A model generated the notes under the pieces. The model worked only from the letters and a program-made list of their open reading frames with translations. It made no database searches and was not told the DNA's origin. From an uncultured Victivallaceae bacterium (GTDB taxonomy: Bacteria; Verrucomicrobiota; Lentisphaeria; Victivallales; Victivallaceae): a stretch of DNA of 64,000 nucleotides. A program made the position numbers and the translations under genes. Shown in pieces: positions 52,252-61,707 of this stretch (position 1 is the stretch's first letter; every line of letters begins with the position of its first letter). The stretch is taken from assembly GCA_964512385.1 (NCBI GenBank), contig CAZEHZ010000001.1, positions 60,963 through 124,962 on the forward strand. Direction: 5' to 3'.

Positions 52252-53462
52252 GCAACTTAAATACCAGTTTCAATAACTCTAATGTTAAAAAAGTCTGGCT
52301 GATTACCGGCGAGACTTCCGGAGATATGTACGGGGCTAAAATTGCCGGCGAAATCCACAGAATTGCCGCTCACGACGGACGGCAGGTGGAGGTCTCCGGC
52401 ATGGGCGGCGTACACATGAAGGAGGCCGGGGTTAATCTGCTGGCCGACTCCACCGAATTAGGCGTAATCGGCATTGTGGAGGTGTTTAAGCACATCTTCA
52501 CCTTTTTTCAGCTGTTCCGCAAACTGGTGAAGTTGGCCGAGGCCGAACAACCGGACGCCGTGGTGATGATTGATTATCCCGGCTTTAATCTGGCGCTGGC
52601 CAAAGCTCTGTATAAACGCAAAATTCCGGTAATCTGGTACATCAGTCCGCAAGTTTGGGCTTGGAAAAAATATCGGATTTTTAAACTGGAAAAATACTGC
52701 CGCAAAATGCTGGTCATTTTTCCGTTTGAAGAAGAGGTATATAAAATTACCAAGCTGGACACCGAATTTGTGGGCCATCCATTGCTGGAAATGGTGGAAG
52801 CTAAGCGCAATCCGGCCTATGTTCGAGACCCCAATCTGGTGCTGCTGCTGCCCGGAAGCCGGGCCATGGAGGTAAACCGCTTGCTGCGGCCCATGCTGGA
52901 AACCGCCGCCGAACTGAAGCGGAAACACCAGAACTTGAAGTTTGTGCTGACCGCCCCCAGACCCAAAATTTTTGCCATGTGCAACACCATTTATGACCGC
53001 TATCGCCAACATAATCCAGAGGCTCCAACCGTGGAAATTCTGCCCGGCGAAACCGCTAAGTATCAGCAGATGGCCGGTACCGGACTGGCCGCCTCCGGCA
53101 CGGTAACGGTGGAGTCGGCTATCGCCGGTCTGCCGCTGGTGGTGGTGTATAAGCTGAACTGGATTACCGTGCTGGTGGCCGCCGTGCTGATAAAACTGTA
53201 TCGCGGTTTCTTTACCATGGTAAACGTGATTGCCAATAAACAGGTGTTTGAAGAGTTCTTTCAGCATCATGTCTGCCCGGCAGAACTGACTCCGGCTATG
53301 GAGCGCATTCTGCCCGGCGGCGAACGCCGCCAGGAGGTGGAACAGGATATTGTGGAATTACGGAAAATGTTAGCGCCGGAATCAACGCCCGGCGGCAGTG
53401 CGCTGCGACAGGCGGCAAAACGAATTTATGAATCAATTTATCAACCCGGATGGAAAAAATGA
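52248..53462 (+). CDS. lpxB: Lipid-A-disaccharide synthase
   Basis: ITGETSGDMYGA, IDYPGFNL, YYISPQVWAWKK-like (WYISPQVWAWKK) and FVGHPL motifs. ATGA overlap with dapB. Confidence 0.9.
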   Translation: MSNLNTSFNNSNVKKVWLITGETSGDMYGAKIAGEIHRIAAHDGRQVEVSGMGGVHMKEAGVNLLADSTELGVIGIVEVFKHIFTFFQLFRKLVKLAEAEQPDAVVMIDYPGFNLALAKALYKRKIPVIWYISPQVWAWKKYRIFKLEKYCRKMLVIFPFEEEVYKITKLDTEFVGHPLLEMVEAKRNPAYVRDPNLVLLLPGSRAMEVNRLLRPMLETAAELKRKHQNLKFVLTAPRPKIFAMCNTIYDRYRQHNPEAPTVEILPGETAKYQQMAGTGLAASGTVTVESAIAGLPLVVVYKLNWITVLVAAVLIKLYRGFFTMVNVIANKQVFEEFFQHHVCPAELTPAMERILPGGERRQEVEQDIVELRKMLAPESTPGGSALRQAAKRIYESIYQPGWKK

Positions 53463-54721
53463 TTGATTACCTTTTAAAAGATTATCCGGAAAATGATTTC
53501 CGGCATATCCCCCCGTATCGAAAAGTAAACGAACTTATTGAGATTTTTAAGCAGGCCGAACAACGAACCGTGGATTTTTGGACTCGCCCCGATGTTCAGG
53601 AAAACAACGGCGGGTTTCATGTTTGGTTTGATGAGAACGGCAAGTCCACGGCGTCGCAGTTTGAAGACGGCCGCCGCAGTATTATCAACCAGTTGCGGGT
53701 GTTGTATATGCACGCCATTCAGTTGAGCCGGCAACCGCAGAATGAGCAGGTTCGCCGACAGTTTGAGTCTGGATTGGCAAATTTAAATAATTTCCGTGAT
53801 GCCGAAGGCCGCTATTACAGTTATTTAGATAAAAACTGGCAGTTACTGCCCCCCAAGGCGGACTTTGAATGCGTGTTTTCCGAAGTGGAATCCATTAATG
53901 CCATTTATTTAATTTATATGATGGCCGAAATTATGGCTTTATTAAATGAACCTCGCTTTTTGCAGTTGGCCGAAGATGCGTTTATGGTTTTGGAAAAATT
54001 CGGCTGGGACTCCGATTTCGGCGGCTATTTTAATGTGCTGGAACCCGATAAACGGGCCGACTATACCAAGAATACCGGGCAGAATATGCACGCCGCCATT
54101 GCGTTGAGCCGCCTTTACAAAGTGTCTCCTAAGCCCGCATATTTAGAACGGATTAAGTTTTTATACTGGCAGATTGCGGAAAAAACGGTCTCCAACTATA
54201 ATTTTTCGTTCGATTATATGACTCAGGATTGGCAGATGGCCGATTATTCCAAACGTGAAAAAAATCACCGCATTCTGGCCGGACATAACGCCGAAGTAGT
54301 TTGGTATCTGGAAGATGTGGCAAAAGCGGCCACCCTGCCTTATCACCATAATTTGTTACGCTTACGGGACGGCGTCTTTAATTTAATCACGCCGGAAGGC
54401 TACTTCTTCATTTTTTGCGGTCTGGCCGGTGAACATGACAGCCAAGTGGAACATGTGGTCTGGTGGGGACAGTTTGAGATTATGATCAGCTTACTGCGCC
54501 AGTATCAAATGTTCGGCACCGAGGAGTATCTGGAAAAATTCTGGCAGGTAACTAAATTTACTTTTGATGTTTTAATGAATCCGGACAACGGCATCTTTTA
54601 CGGCGGCAGAGACTTTAAGACCAAACAGGTGCATCCACAGGGCGGCTGGGCATGGAAAGGCGGTCTGCATGTGGTGCGCGCCTTACAAGAATGTGTAAAA
54701 GTGTTGGAAAAAATTAAATAA
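53450..54721 (+). CDS. AGE-superfamily (N-acylglucosamine 2-epimerase-like) alpha/alpha-barrel isomerase/epimerase
   Basis: 423 aa. Repeated aromatic-rich helical hairpins (GGFHVWFDENG, GGYFNVL, HNAEVVWYL, WAWKGGLH) consistent with the AGE/(alpha/alpha)6 fold. 13-nt overlap with lpxB. Confidence 0.55.
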   Translation: MEKMIDYLLKDYPENDFRHIPPYRKVNELIEIFKQAEQRTVDFWTRPDVQENNGGFHVWFDENGKSTASQFEDGRRSIINQLRVLYMHAIQLSRQPQNEQVRRQFESGLANLNNFRDAEGRYYSYLDKNWQLLPPKADFECVFSEVESINAIYLIYMMAEIMALLNEPRFLQLAEDAFMVLEKFGWDSDFGGYFNVLEPDKRADYTKNTGQNMHAAIALSRLYKVSPKPAYLERIKFLYWQIAEKTVSNYNFSFDYMTQDWQMADYSKREKNHRILAGHNAEVVWYLEDVAKAATLPYHHNLLRLRDGVFNLITPEGYFFIFCGLAGEHDSQVEHVVWWGQFEIMISLLRQYQMFGTEEYLEKFWQVTKFTFDVLMNPDNGIFYGGRDFKTKQVHPQGGWAWKGGLHVVRALQECVKVLEKIK

Positions 54722-54769
54722 TTGATTTGCAAATTCTGAAATATGTACTAAATTAAAAGGAGTCTATGG

Positions 54770-54845
54770 GCCAATATAGCTCAGTCGGTAGAGCAATTCA
54801 CTCGTAATGAATAGGTCATCGGTTCGATTCCGATTATTGGCTCCA
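54770..54845 (+). tRNA. tRNA-Thr (anticodon CGU), CCA encoded
   Basis: Hand-folded cloverleaf: acceptor GCCAATA/TATTGGC, D-stem GCTC/GAGC, anticodon stem ATTCA/TGAAT with loop CT-CGT-AA, T-arm ATCGG-TTCGATT-CCGAT, discriminator T, CCA. 76 nt. Confidence 0.9.
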
Positions 54846-54855
54846 TTTTTTTACC

Positions 54856-55458
54856 ATGAAACAACGTGTAATTTTTGTTCGGCACGGCTCTTTGCCGGAA
54901 CGTGCCGCCGGACGCATTATCGGACAATGCGATATTGAACTCAGTCAACAAGGGCGGCAGGAAGCCGTGGCCGTGGGGCGGTTTCTTAAGGATATTCCCG
55001 TTGATAAAGTTTGGGCGGGTACACTGCGCCGGGTTTGCGAAACTCATGAATTAGCCTGCCGCAACGCCGTTAATCTGCCGGAACCGATTTTTGATTACCG
55101 CTTTAATGAGATGGATTTTGGCGACTGGGCATTTTCCACCATTGCCGAACACCCCATCTCCAGCTGGCGAATCCATGACCCGGAGGCAACGTATCCGGGC
55201 GGCGAAAATATGGGCGACTTTATGCGGCGGACTCGTGCCGGACTGCAGGAGGTACTGGACAGCGGAGCGGAAACGGCCGTAATTTTCTCGCACGGCGGCG
55301 TAATTATGGGCTTATTGGCCGATATTGTGGGCTTAAGCCGGGAGCATCAATTCAATTTATGGGTGGAGCGGGGCTGCGTGGCGGAGGTAGCTTACGACAA
55401 CTCCGGCACCGGGCGTTTACACCAGATTATCCGCCCGTTGGATATTTATGGAGAATAA
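54856..55458 (+). CDS. Histidine phosphatase (phosphoglycerate mutase/CobC-like) family protein
   Basis: VIFVRHGS (RHG motif) at residues 6-12, and later FSHGGVI (second catalytic His). Confidence 0.8.
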   Translation: MKQRVIFVRHGSLPERAAGRIIGQCDIELSQQGRQEAVAVGRFLKDIPVDKVWAGTLRRVCETHELACRNAVNLPEPIFDYRFNEMDFGDWAFSTIAEHPISSWRIHDPEATYPGGENMGDFMRRTRAGLQEVLDSGAETAVIFSHGGVIMGLLADIVGLSREHQFNLWVERGCVAEVAYDNSGTGRLHQIIRPLDIYGE

Positions 55459-55462
55459 GTTT

Positions 55463-56548
55463 ATGTATAAAGCATTTACACCATTGGCAATGAAAAATTT
55501 AACCGTGAAAAACCGCTTTGTACGGTCGGCTACTCATGAAGGCATGGCCGATCCGGAAAACGGCTTTATGACACCGGAAATTCAGGATATTTTAGTTAAT
55601 TTAGCCCGCCATCAGGTGGGATTGATTATTACCGGCCATGCCTATGTATCGATTGAGGGCAAGGCGGGCAGAAATCAGTTCTCCGCCGCCACGCAAGCCG
55701 CTGTGGACTCCGGCAAAACAATGCTGGAGCAGGTACATAAACTGGGCGGCAAAGTGATTCTGCAACTGGCTCATGCCGGAGCTTATGCTCCTAATGACCA
55801 AGCTCTTGCGCCATCGCCATTTACCGTGAACTCTCGGACGGCGGCGCAGATTACACCGGAACAGATTGCCGATTTAACCCAGAAATTTGCCAACTCCGCA
55901 AAATGGGCCGAAAATGCCGGCTATGACGGCGTACAGATTCATGCCGCTCACGGGTATTTACTCAGCGAATTTTTATCGACTCACTACAATCACCGCACCG
56001 ATGCTTACGGCGGCAGTACCGCCAATTGCGCCCGGATGGTTTACGAGGTTTTAACGGCGGTGCGGCAGGCGGTGTCGCCGGATTTCCCCGTATTGATTAA
56101 AATTAACGCCGACAATTTTTTACCCGATAATTATGCAGAGACCGTGGCGGAGATTTTACAGAATTGCGCCAAACTCGGTTTGGATATGGTGGAACTTTCC
56201 GGCGGAGTACCGGATACTCCGGCCAAGTTAGGCTCGGTGCGTTCCGGCGATATTACCGACGCAATGCCGGTTTACTATCAACAACATGCCGCTGAACTCA
56301 AGAAGACCGTTCCACTCCCGTTGATTCTGACCGGCGGGATTCGCAGTTTAACTAAAACTGAAGAGTTATTACAGAATAATGTGGCCGACATGGTCTCACT
56401 CTCCCGCCCGCTGATTCGGGAGCCGGAGCTGATTGAACGCTGGGCAAATGGTCAAGTTGAACGTGCCAAATGTATAAGTTGCAACGCCTGTTTCCGCCCC
56501 ATGCTGGTGGGAAAAGGGCTTTTATGCGTTTTAGAACAAAAAAATTAG
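55463..56548 (+). CDS. Old Yellow Enzyme family NADH:flavin oxidoreductase
   Basis: NRFVRSATHEG, LQLAHAGA, GVQIHAAHGYLLSEFLS and GGIRS motifs. C-terminal CISCNAC. ATG 55463 has GGAG 9 nt upstream. Confidence 0.85.
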   Translation: MYKAFTPLAMKNLTVKNRFVRSATHEGMADPENGFMTPEIQDILVNLARHQVGLIITGHAYVSIEGKAGRNQFSAATQAAVDSGKTMLEQVHKLGGKVILQLAHAGAYAPNDQALAPSPFTVNSRTAAQITPEQIADLTQKFANSAKWAENAGYDGVQIHAAHGYLLSEFLSTHYNHRTDAYGGSTANCARMVYEVLTAVRQAVSPDFPVLIKINADNFLPDNYAETVAEILQNCAKLGLDMVELSGGVPDTPAKLGSVRSGDITDAMPVYYQQHAAELKKTVPLPLILTGGIRSLTKTEELLQNNVADMVSLSRPLIREPELIERWANGQVERAKCISCNACFRPMLVGKGLLCVLEQKN

Positions 56549-56642
56549 CTTTTTTTATGATTTTACCTAAAAACTAAGTTGCAAAAAATATGCTTTGCGT
56601 TATGTTTAAAACGTAAAAATGTTAAATATAAGGATATTAAAA

Positions 56643-57470
56643 ATGTTAAAAGGTTTTGGAGTTGCGGTTTTAACCGCCGTTTTGAGCATGTCGATGTTGG
56701 CGGAAATCGAGACCACCACCACTAAAGGTGGCGTAAATATGGTTAAAGTTCCGGCTGGAACGTTTAAAATGGGTAACGCCAAAGGTAAGGCCGATGCTAA
56801 AAAAGTTCATGACGTTACCATTGATGCTTTTTATATGGACACCACTGAAGTTACTCAGGAAGAGTATATGCGCTTAATGGAATACAATCCCGCCAAATTC
56901 CGCGGCGAAAATCTGCCCGTGGAACGCACCCGCTGGATTGACGCCGCCAAATACTGCAATCTGCGCTCTGCCGAAGAGGGTTTGACTCCGTTTTATAATT
57001 TGGAAAACAATACCGTTAATAAGGATGCCAACGGTTATCGCCTGCCCACCGAAGCCGAATGGGAATATGCCGCCAAAGCCGGAACCGATACTAAATACTA
57101 TTTCGGCGACGATGAAGCCGAACTCCTGAATAACGGCTGGGTGCGTAACAACTCGGCGGAATCAACCCACCCGGTGTCCACCAAACCGGCCAACGCTTTC
57201 GGGCTGTTTGATTTATACGGCAATGTGGCGGAGTGGTGCCACGACTGGTATGGCGTAAAGTATTATGAAGAGTCGCCAACGGAAAACCCGACCGGACCGG
57301 AAGAGGGGAAAAAACGGGTTCTGCGGGGCGGCTCGTGGTCTGACCGCAGCAAAAATGTCGGCAGTGCCGTCCGCATGTCCGACAATCCGGTTACCGCCGA
57401 CATTTGTCAAGGCTATGACACTTACGGATTCCGTTGTGTGCGCCCAATCACCGAACAACCGACTAAATAA
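56643..57470 (+). CDS. Secreted formylglycine-generating-enzyme (FGE/SUMF1) domain protein
   Basis: Signal peptide, then MVKVPAGTFKMG, YRLPTEAEWEYAA, GNVAEWCHDWY, RVLRGGSW and GFRCVRP. Confidence 0.8.
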   Translation: MLKGFGVAVLTAVLSMSMLAEIETTTTKGGVNMVKVPAGTFKMGNAKGKADAKKVHDVTIDAFYMDTTEVTQEEYMRLMEYNPAKFRGENLPVERTRWIDAAKYCNLRSAEEGLTPFYNLENNTVNKDANGYRLPTEAEWEYAAKAGTDTKYYFGDDEAELLNNGWVRNNSAESTHPVSTKPANAFGLFDLYGNVAEWCHDWYGVKYYEESPTENPTGPEEGKKRVLRGGSWSDRSKNVGSAVRMSDNPVTADICQGYDTYGFRCVRPITEQPTK

Positions 57471-57485
57471 GCCGGGAGAGATTTA

Positions 57486-58937
57486 ATGCTGTTTCAAACT
57501 TGGGAATTTGCGATATTTTTTGCCGTGGTGCTCGGCGGTCTGCTGGTACTGCGGCGGGAACTGAAGGCGGCGTGGCTGACGCTGTGCAGTTACTATTTTT
57601 ATGCCGATATGAGTCCGGCGTTGCTGGTGTTTATCATCTATATTACTCTGGTGGACTACGTTATCGGCCGGGGTTTGGCCGCCGGAAGTTCGGCAAAAAT
57701 ACGTAAACTGTTGATTACCCTGAGCGTGCTGAACGGCATTATGCTGCTTAGTCTGTTTAAATATGCCGATTTTATTACGGTCAATTTACAGAGCTTATGC
57801 AATATGGTGAACTGGAATGTGCATGTGCCCACCATTGCCGAAAGTACCCGCAATCTTTGCTTGGCGTTCGGAATTGATTATGAATTTCCGGCCGCATTCC
57901 TGTTGCCCGCCGGATTGAGCTTCTTTACCTTTAAGTCGCTGTCTTACACGATTGACGTGTATCGCAATCAGCTGAAGGTGGAACGCAGTTTATGGCGTTA
58001 TGCCGCTTATCTGGCGTTCTTTCCGGCGTTGCTCTCCGGCCCGATTGACCGTGCCGGGCTTTTACTGCGTCAGATTCGCCACAAAACCGTGATCCGATAT
58101 CAGGATATTGCCGACGGCGTTTGTCTGTTCATCGTCGGCCTGTTCAAAAAAGTGGTGCTGGCCGACACCCTCGCCGTGTATGTGAACAGCGTGTTCGGTA
58201 ATGGCGACAGTCAACTTTCCGCCGTTACCGTGTTGTTTGCCACCTACGCTTTTGCGTGGCAGTTATATGGCGACTTTTCCGGCTATACCGACATGGCACG
58301 CGGCATCGCCCGCATTATGGGCTTCCACTTAACCTTAAACTTTAACAATCCGTATGTGGCGGTGGATGTAAGCGATTTCTGGCGGCGGTGGCATATCAGT
58401 TTATCCACTTGGTTCCGTGATTATGTGTATATTCCGCTGGGCGGAAACCGGGTGATGCCGTGGCGGTTAAGTTTTAACTTGTTCCTTACTATGCTGGTTT
58501 CCGGCTTCTGGCACGGCTCGGCCTGGACGTTTATTATCTGGGGGGCGTGGCATGGACTGCTCTGCATTGTGTGGCGGCTGTTTGAAAAGGCCGAATGGTA
58601 TTTGAAGCTCCCCAAACTGCTGAAACAAATAGTACTGTTCAACATGGTGTGTTTAGGGTGGATCTTCTTCTGCGCCGGGTCGCTGAGTATTGCCTGGAAT
58701 ATGGTGAAAATGTTGTTCACCAACTGGAGCGGCGCCGGAGTCGCATTCGGGATGATTCCGTGGTACATGCTGGCGTTGCCGCTGGGCGTGTGGATTTATC
58801 AGCTGGTGTTTGACTCCCGGTTCGGCAGGGTGTTGAACATAAGTGCGGTGCGTTATGCGTTAATGATACTGGTGATTCTGCTTATTCTGCTGGTACCGTC
58901 GGACGCTAATCAGAAATTTTTGTACTTTGACTTTTAG
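57486..58937 (+). CDS. MBOAT-family membrane O-acyltransferase (AlgI/PatA/DltB-like)
   Basis: 483 aa, polytopic. Signature FWRRWHISLSTWFRDYVYIPLGGNR and FLTMLVSGFWHG (catalytic His). Confidence 0.9.
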   Translation: MLFQTWEFAIFFAVVLGGLLVLRRELKAAWLTLCSYYFYADMSPALLVFIIYITLVDYVIGRGLAAGSSAKIRKLLITLSVLNGIMLLSLFKYADFITVNLQSLCNMVNWNVHVPTIAESTRNLCLAFGIDYEFPAAFLLPAGLSFFTFKSLSYTIDVYRNQLKVERSLWRYAAYLAFFPALLSGPIDRAGLLLRQIRHKTVIRYQDIADGVCLFIVGLFKKVVLADTLAVYVNSVFGNGDSQLSAVTVLFATYAFAWQLYGDFSGYTDMARGIARIMGFHLTLNFNNPYVAVDVSDFWRRWHISLSTWFRDYVYIPLGGNRVMPWRLSFNLFLTMLVSGFWHGSAWTFIIWGAWHGLLCIVWRLFEKAEWYLKLPKLLKQIVLFNMVCLGWIFFCAGSLSIAWNMVKMLFTNWSGAGVAFGMIPWYMLALPLGVWIYQLVFDSRFGRVLNISAVRYALMILVILLILLVPSDANQKFLYFDF

Positions 58938-58948
58938 GAGACGGCATA

Positions 58949-60082
58949 ATGAACGGAAAAAAGAAAAAATACCGCAGCTTGAAAGCCATTCCGTACGGCG
59001 GAAACTATTTGCGGCTCTCGTTTAAAGAGTTAATTATTTTATTGCCGCTGACTCTATTGGCCGCTTTTTATCTGTTGCCGTTTCTGCATGGCAAAATAGA
59101 GAAGTTTAACTTTAACACCCCCGATTTTCGCCTTAGCTATAATCTGCGGGATGACTATTACAGCTATCAGAAATGGGCGGAATATGCGGCCGAAAATTAT
59201 GATGTTATGTTTATCGGCGACTCGGTAATCTGGGGTATGTATACCGATAATGAGCATACTTTGGCGCACTACTACAATGAACTGCATGAAAAACCGATTG
59301 CCGCCAATTTAGGGATTGACGGTCTGCATCCGGTGGCACTGGAGGGGCTGGTCAAGCACTTCGGCGGCGCAATTAAAGACAAAAAAGTTTATTTGTACTT
59401 TAACGCTTTATGGCTTAATGACCCGAAATTTGACCTGTCCGGCCGACCAAAGATGAATGCCGACGGCGATTTGGAAAATGTGGCGGTAATGCACCCACGC
59501 TTGATTCCGCAGTTTGACTATCAGATTGCCTATTATGACGAACCGCTGAAAAAACGCATGGGCAATCTGATGGAACAGACTCTGCCGTTTTACGGCTGGA
59601 CCAACCATTTACGCAATGTCGGCTTTAATAACCAGCCGTTGCCGCAATGGTTAAATGACCATCCGGGGCAATCTCCGTTTGCCGTAATGCCGGAAATTAC
59701 CGACGCTTTGGAATATGAACATGTCAACCGTTCCGATTCGTGGAGTGCCATTCAGAAAATTGAGATGGATTACAACTGGGTTATGCCCTATGAGTCCCGC
59801 CAATGGCCGGCGTTTCTGCGTACTGCACAACTGTTGAAAGAACGGGACAATGAGGTGGTGGTGCTGTTAGGGGCGTTTAACACTCATCTGCTTAGTGAAG
59901 AGTCGTTAGAGGCCTGTTACAGCTTAATGGATTATGTGCAGAATGCGCTGGACGACGCCGATATTAAATATATTGTAATGTCTGAACTGCCCAGCGAAAC
60001 TTACGCCGACGCCAGCCATCCGCTGTCCGCCGGATATCAACTTATGGCCGAAGAAATCACAGAATATGAGGAAGAAGACTAA
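58949..60082 (+). CDS. Membrane-anchored SGNH/GDSL-family protein (probable acyl-transfer partner of the MBOAT)
   Basis: N-terminal TM anchor. All four SGNH blocks are visible: FIGDSVIWG (I), LGIDGL (II), ALWLND (III) and DASHP (V). Confidence 0.7.
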   Translation: MNGKKKKYRSLKAIPYGGNYLRLSFKELIILLPLTLLAAFYLLPFLHGKIEKFNFNTPDFRLSYNLRDDYYSYQKWAEYAAENYDVMFIGDSVIWGMYTDNEHTLAHYYNELHEKPIAANLGIDGLHPVALEGLVKHFGGAIKDKKVYLYFNALWLNDPKFDLSGRPKMNADGDLENVAVMHPRLIPQFDYQIAYYDEPLKKRMGNLMEQTLPFYGWTNHLRNVGFNNQPLPQWLNDHPGQSPFAVMPEITDALEYEHVNRSDSWSAIQKIEMDYNWVMPYESRQWPAFLRTAQLLKERDNEVVVLLGAFNTHLLSEESLEACYSLMDYVQNALDDADIKYIVMSELPSETYADASHPLSAGYQLMAEEITEYEEED

Positions 60083-60083
60083 A

Positions 60084-61580
60084 ATGAAAAACAAACTTAT
60101 TTTAGGGTTGTTGCTGGTCGCCGCCGGTGGAATGCTTTCCGCAAAACCACAGGAAGACTACATCGACACGATGAAAATCAGCAAAAACAAGTCCGGCGAA
60201 CCGGTGTATACCAACTATTATAACAACTCCACCACCGCTAAACAGGCTACGTTGCGCAATATGGACGCCGAGGCGTTTGTAGTACCCGATTTTATCGGCG
60301 AAAGTACGCTGTATCTGCCCGACGGCAATAATAAAAAGTATGTCCCCGGCGACAATTTGTCCTTAATTGTTCTGTCCGACAAAGGCAAGACGGTTTATAC
60401 TCTGGTTTGGGATAATCCGCAGACCGTGGTCAGTACCAAAACCAAGTTTATTACCGCCGAACTTCTGCCCGGCTCCTCACTGCGGGTTTATGAAATGCAG
60501 GGCGATAATTTATGGTATCAGGCTAAAGAAAAACTTAATAATCAGGACTGGCTCCCCATCAACTGGCGCATTCCGTTTGTCGCCGACTTTCAGGCCATGT
60601 TCCGCAAAACCGTCGGCGTTCTGCCCCCCGAAAACGGTACTACCGAAAACTGGAAAATGGTGCCGGATAATAAAAAAGGACAGGAAGTCGCCACCAGTTT
60701 GGCCATTTACAACGGCGATAACTGGAGCAACTGGATCTCCGGCTACGGCGGCACAATTTATCCCACCAAAACCGGCAAAAATTACTCCTTACTGCGCTAT
60801 TTACTGGCCAACGAATATCCGCATCAGGCGTTCGACGGCAGTTTCGGCGTATATATCTATCCGTGGAGCAATGAAAAACACCCGGAATACTGGGAGGGGA
60901 TGAATATTCCCGCCAAACCCGCCAATGTGCTAATGCCGCTGGAAGCGGTGAAAGGCTTTCTGCCCGCTCCATTATGGCAGAGCATTTCCGAAACCGTGAA
61001 CGCCGGTGCGCACTATCCGGCCACCTGCTCCTCTACCGAATTTGTGGAAAAAATTTACTACCGCAGTGAAGCCGCAGAAAAAATTCAGGAGATTGCGCAA
61101 CGCATTGCCGAAATGAACAACTTTGTCCGTACAATTCGGGCCCGTATCGAAAATTTCCGGACTTGGGCTAAGCAGAATAAAGCGTACCTCGCCGCCAACG
61201 CTCCGGCCGATATCGCCAAAATTTTCAACGCCGACTTTGACTACCTGGAACAATACTATCAGCAGGCGCTGCCCCGTATGCAGACTCCGGAACAGAGCGA
61301 AGTGCTCAGCTCCGAAATGGTAACCACCGCCACCCGTACCGATATTGACGACGAAGCCAAGGAGGAACGGGCCAAAGAATTAGGCCGGGCGATCCGGGTA
61401 ATCGGCGGTACTCAGGATACCACCGTGGCCGAGTTCCGACGCATTGCCAAGTGCGTCCGCCAGAAAGCCACCAGCATGTATGCCGAGGAAAAAGACCCGA
61501 AACGCCGGGCCGTTTTACAGGCCATCCGCCTGTCCGCCGCCGAAGCATTACATAACCGGATGCCGCACGAAGGCAAGTAG
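60084..61580 (+). CDS. Secreted hypothetical protein (about 500 aa)
   Basis: Signal peptide (LILGLLLVAAGGMLSA). Beta-rich N-terminal half and helical C-terminal half. No motif recognised. Alternative start at 60066 overlaps the upstream gene. Confidence 0.5.
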   Translation: MKNKLILGLLLVAAGGMLSAKPQEDYIDTMKISKNKSGEPVYTNYYNNSTTAKQATLRNMDAEAFVVPDFIGESTLYLPDGNNKKYVPGDNLSLIVLSDKGKTVYTLVWDNPQTVVSTKTKFITAELLPGSSLRVYEMQGDNLWYQAKEKLNNQDWLPINWRIPFVADFQAMFRKTVGVLPPENGTTENWKMVPDNKKGQEVATSLAIYNGDNWSNWISGYGGTIYPTKTGKNYSLLRYLLANEYPHQAFDGSFGVYIYPWSNEKHPEYWEGMNIPAKPANVLMPLEAVKGFLPAPLWQSISETVNAGAHYPATCSSTEFVEKIYYRSEAAEKIQEIAQRIAEMNNFVRTIRARIENFRTWAKQNKAYLAANAPADIAKIFNADFDYLEQYYQQALPRMQTPEQSEVLSSEMVTTATRTDIDDEAKEERAKELGRAIRVIGGTQDTTVAEFRRIAKCVRQKATSMYAEEKDPKRRAVLQAIRLSAAEALHNRMPHEGK

Positions 61581-61596
61581 TTTTTAGCCAAAAATC

Positions 61597-61626
61597 AGGA
61601 GTCCGGCATAATGGACTCCTTTTTTG
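61597..61626 (+). terminator. Rho-independent terminator after the MBOAT module
   Basis: AGGAGTCC-ggcataat-GGACTCCT followed by T5. Confidence 0.75.
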
Positions 61627-61707
61627 TTTACCGAAGGTTGCAGAATACTAAAGATGGTACTATATTATATAAAATATTAAATCCGGCAAAATTAAGGAGA
61701 TTGGACT

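Noticed and set aside
52458-53270. 270-aa minus-strand ORF antisense to lpxB
   Set aside because: It has His/Gly/Gln-rich, unnatural composition and no motif. The lpxB reading frame on the plus strand has clear family signatures. It is a shadow ORF.
54722-56548. tRNA-Thr as an integration site for a genomic island
   Set aside because: There is no integrase or recombinase, I noticed no direct repeat of the tRNA 3' end downstream, and the flanking genes are metabolic housekeeping types in tight operon spacing.
56643-57470. FGE/C-type-lectin-fold protein as a diversity-generating retroelement (DGR) target
   Set aside because: The fold is typical of DGR variable proteins. However, I see no reverse transcriptase gene and noticed no template-repeat copy of its 3' end in the window. 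The C-terminus (RVLRGGSW...GFRCVRP) looks like an ordinary conserved FGE motif.
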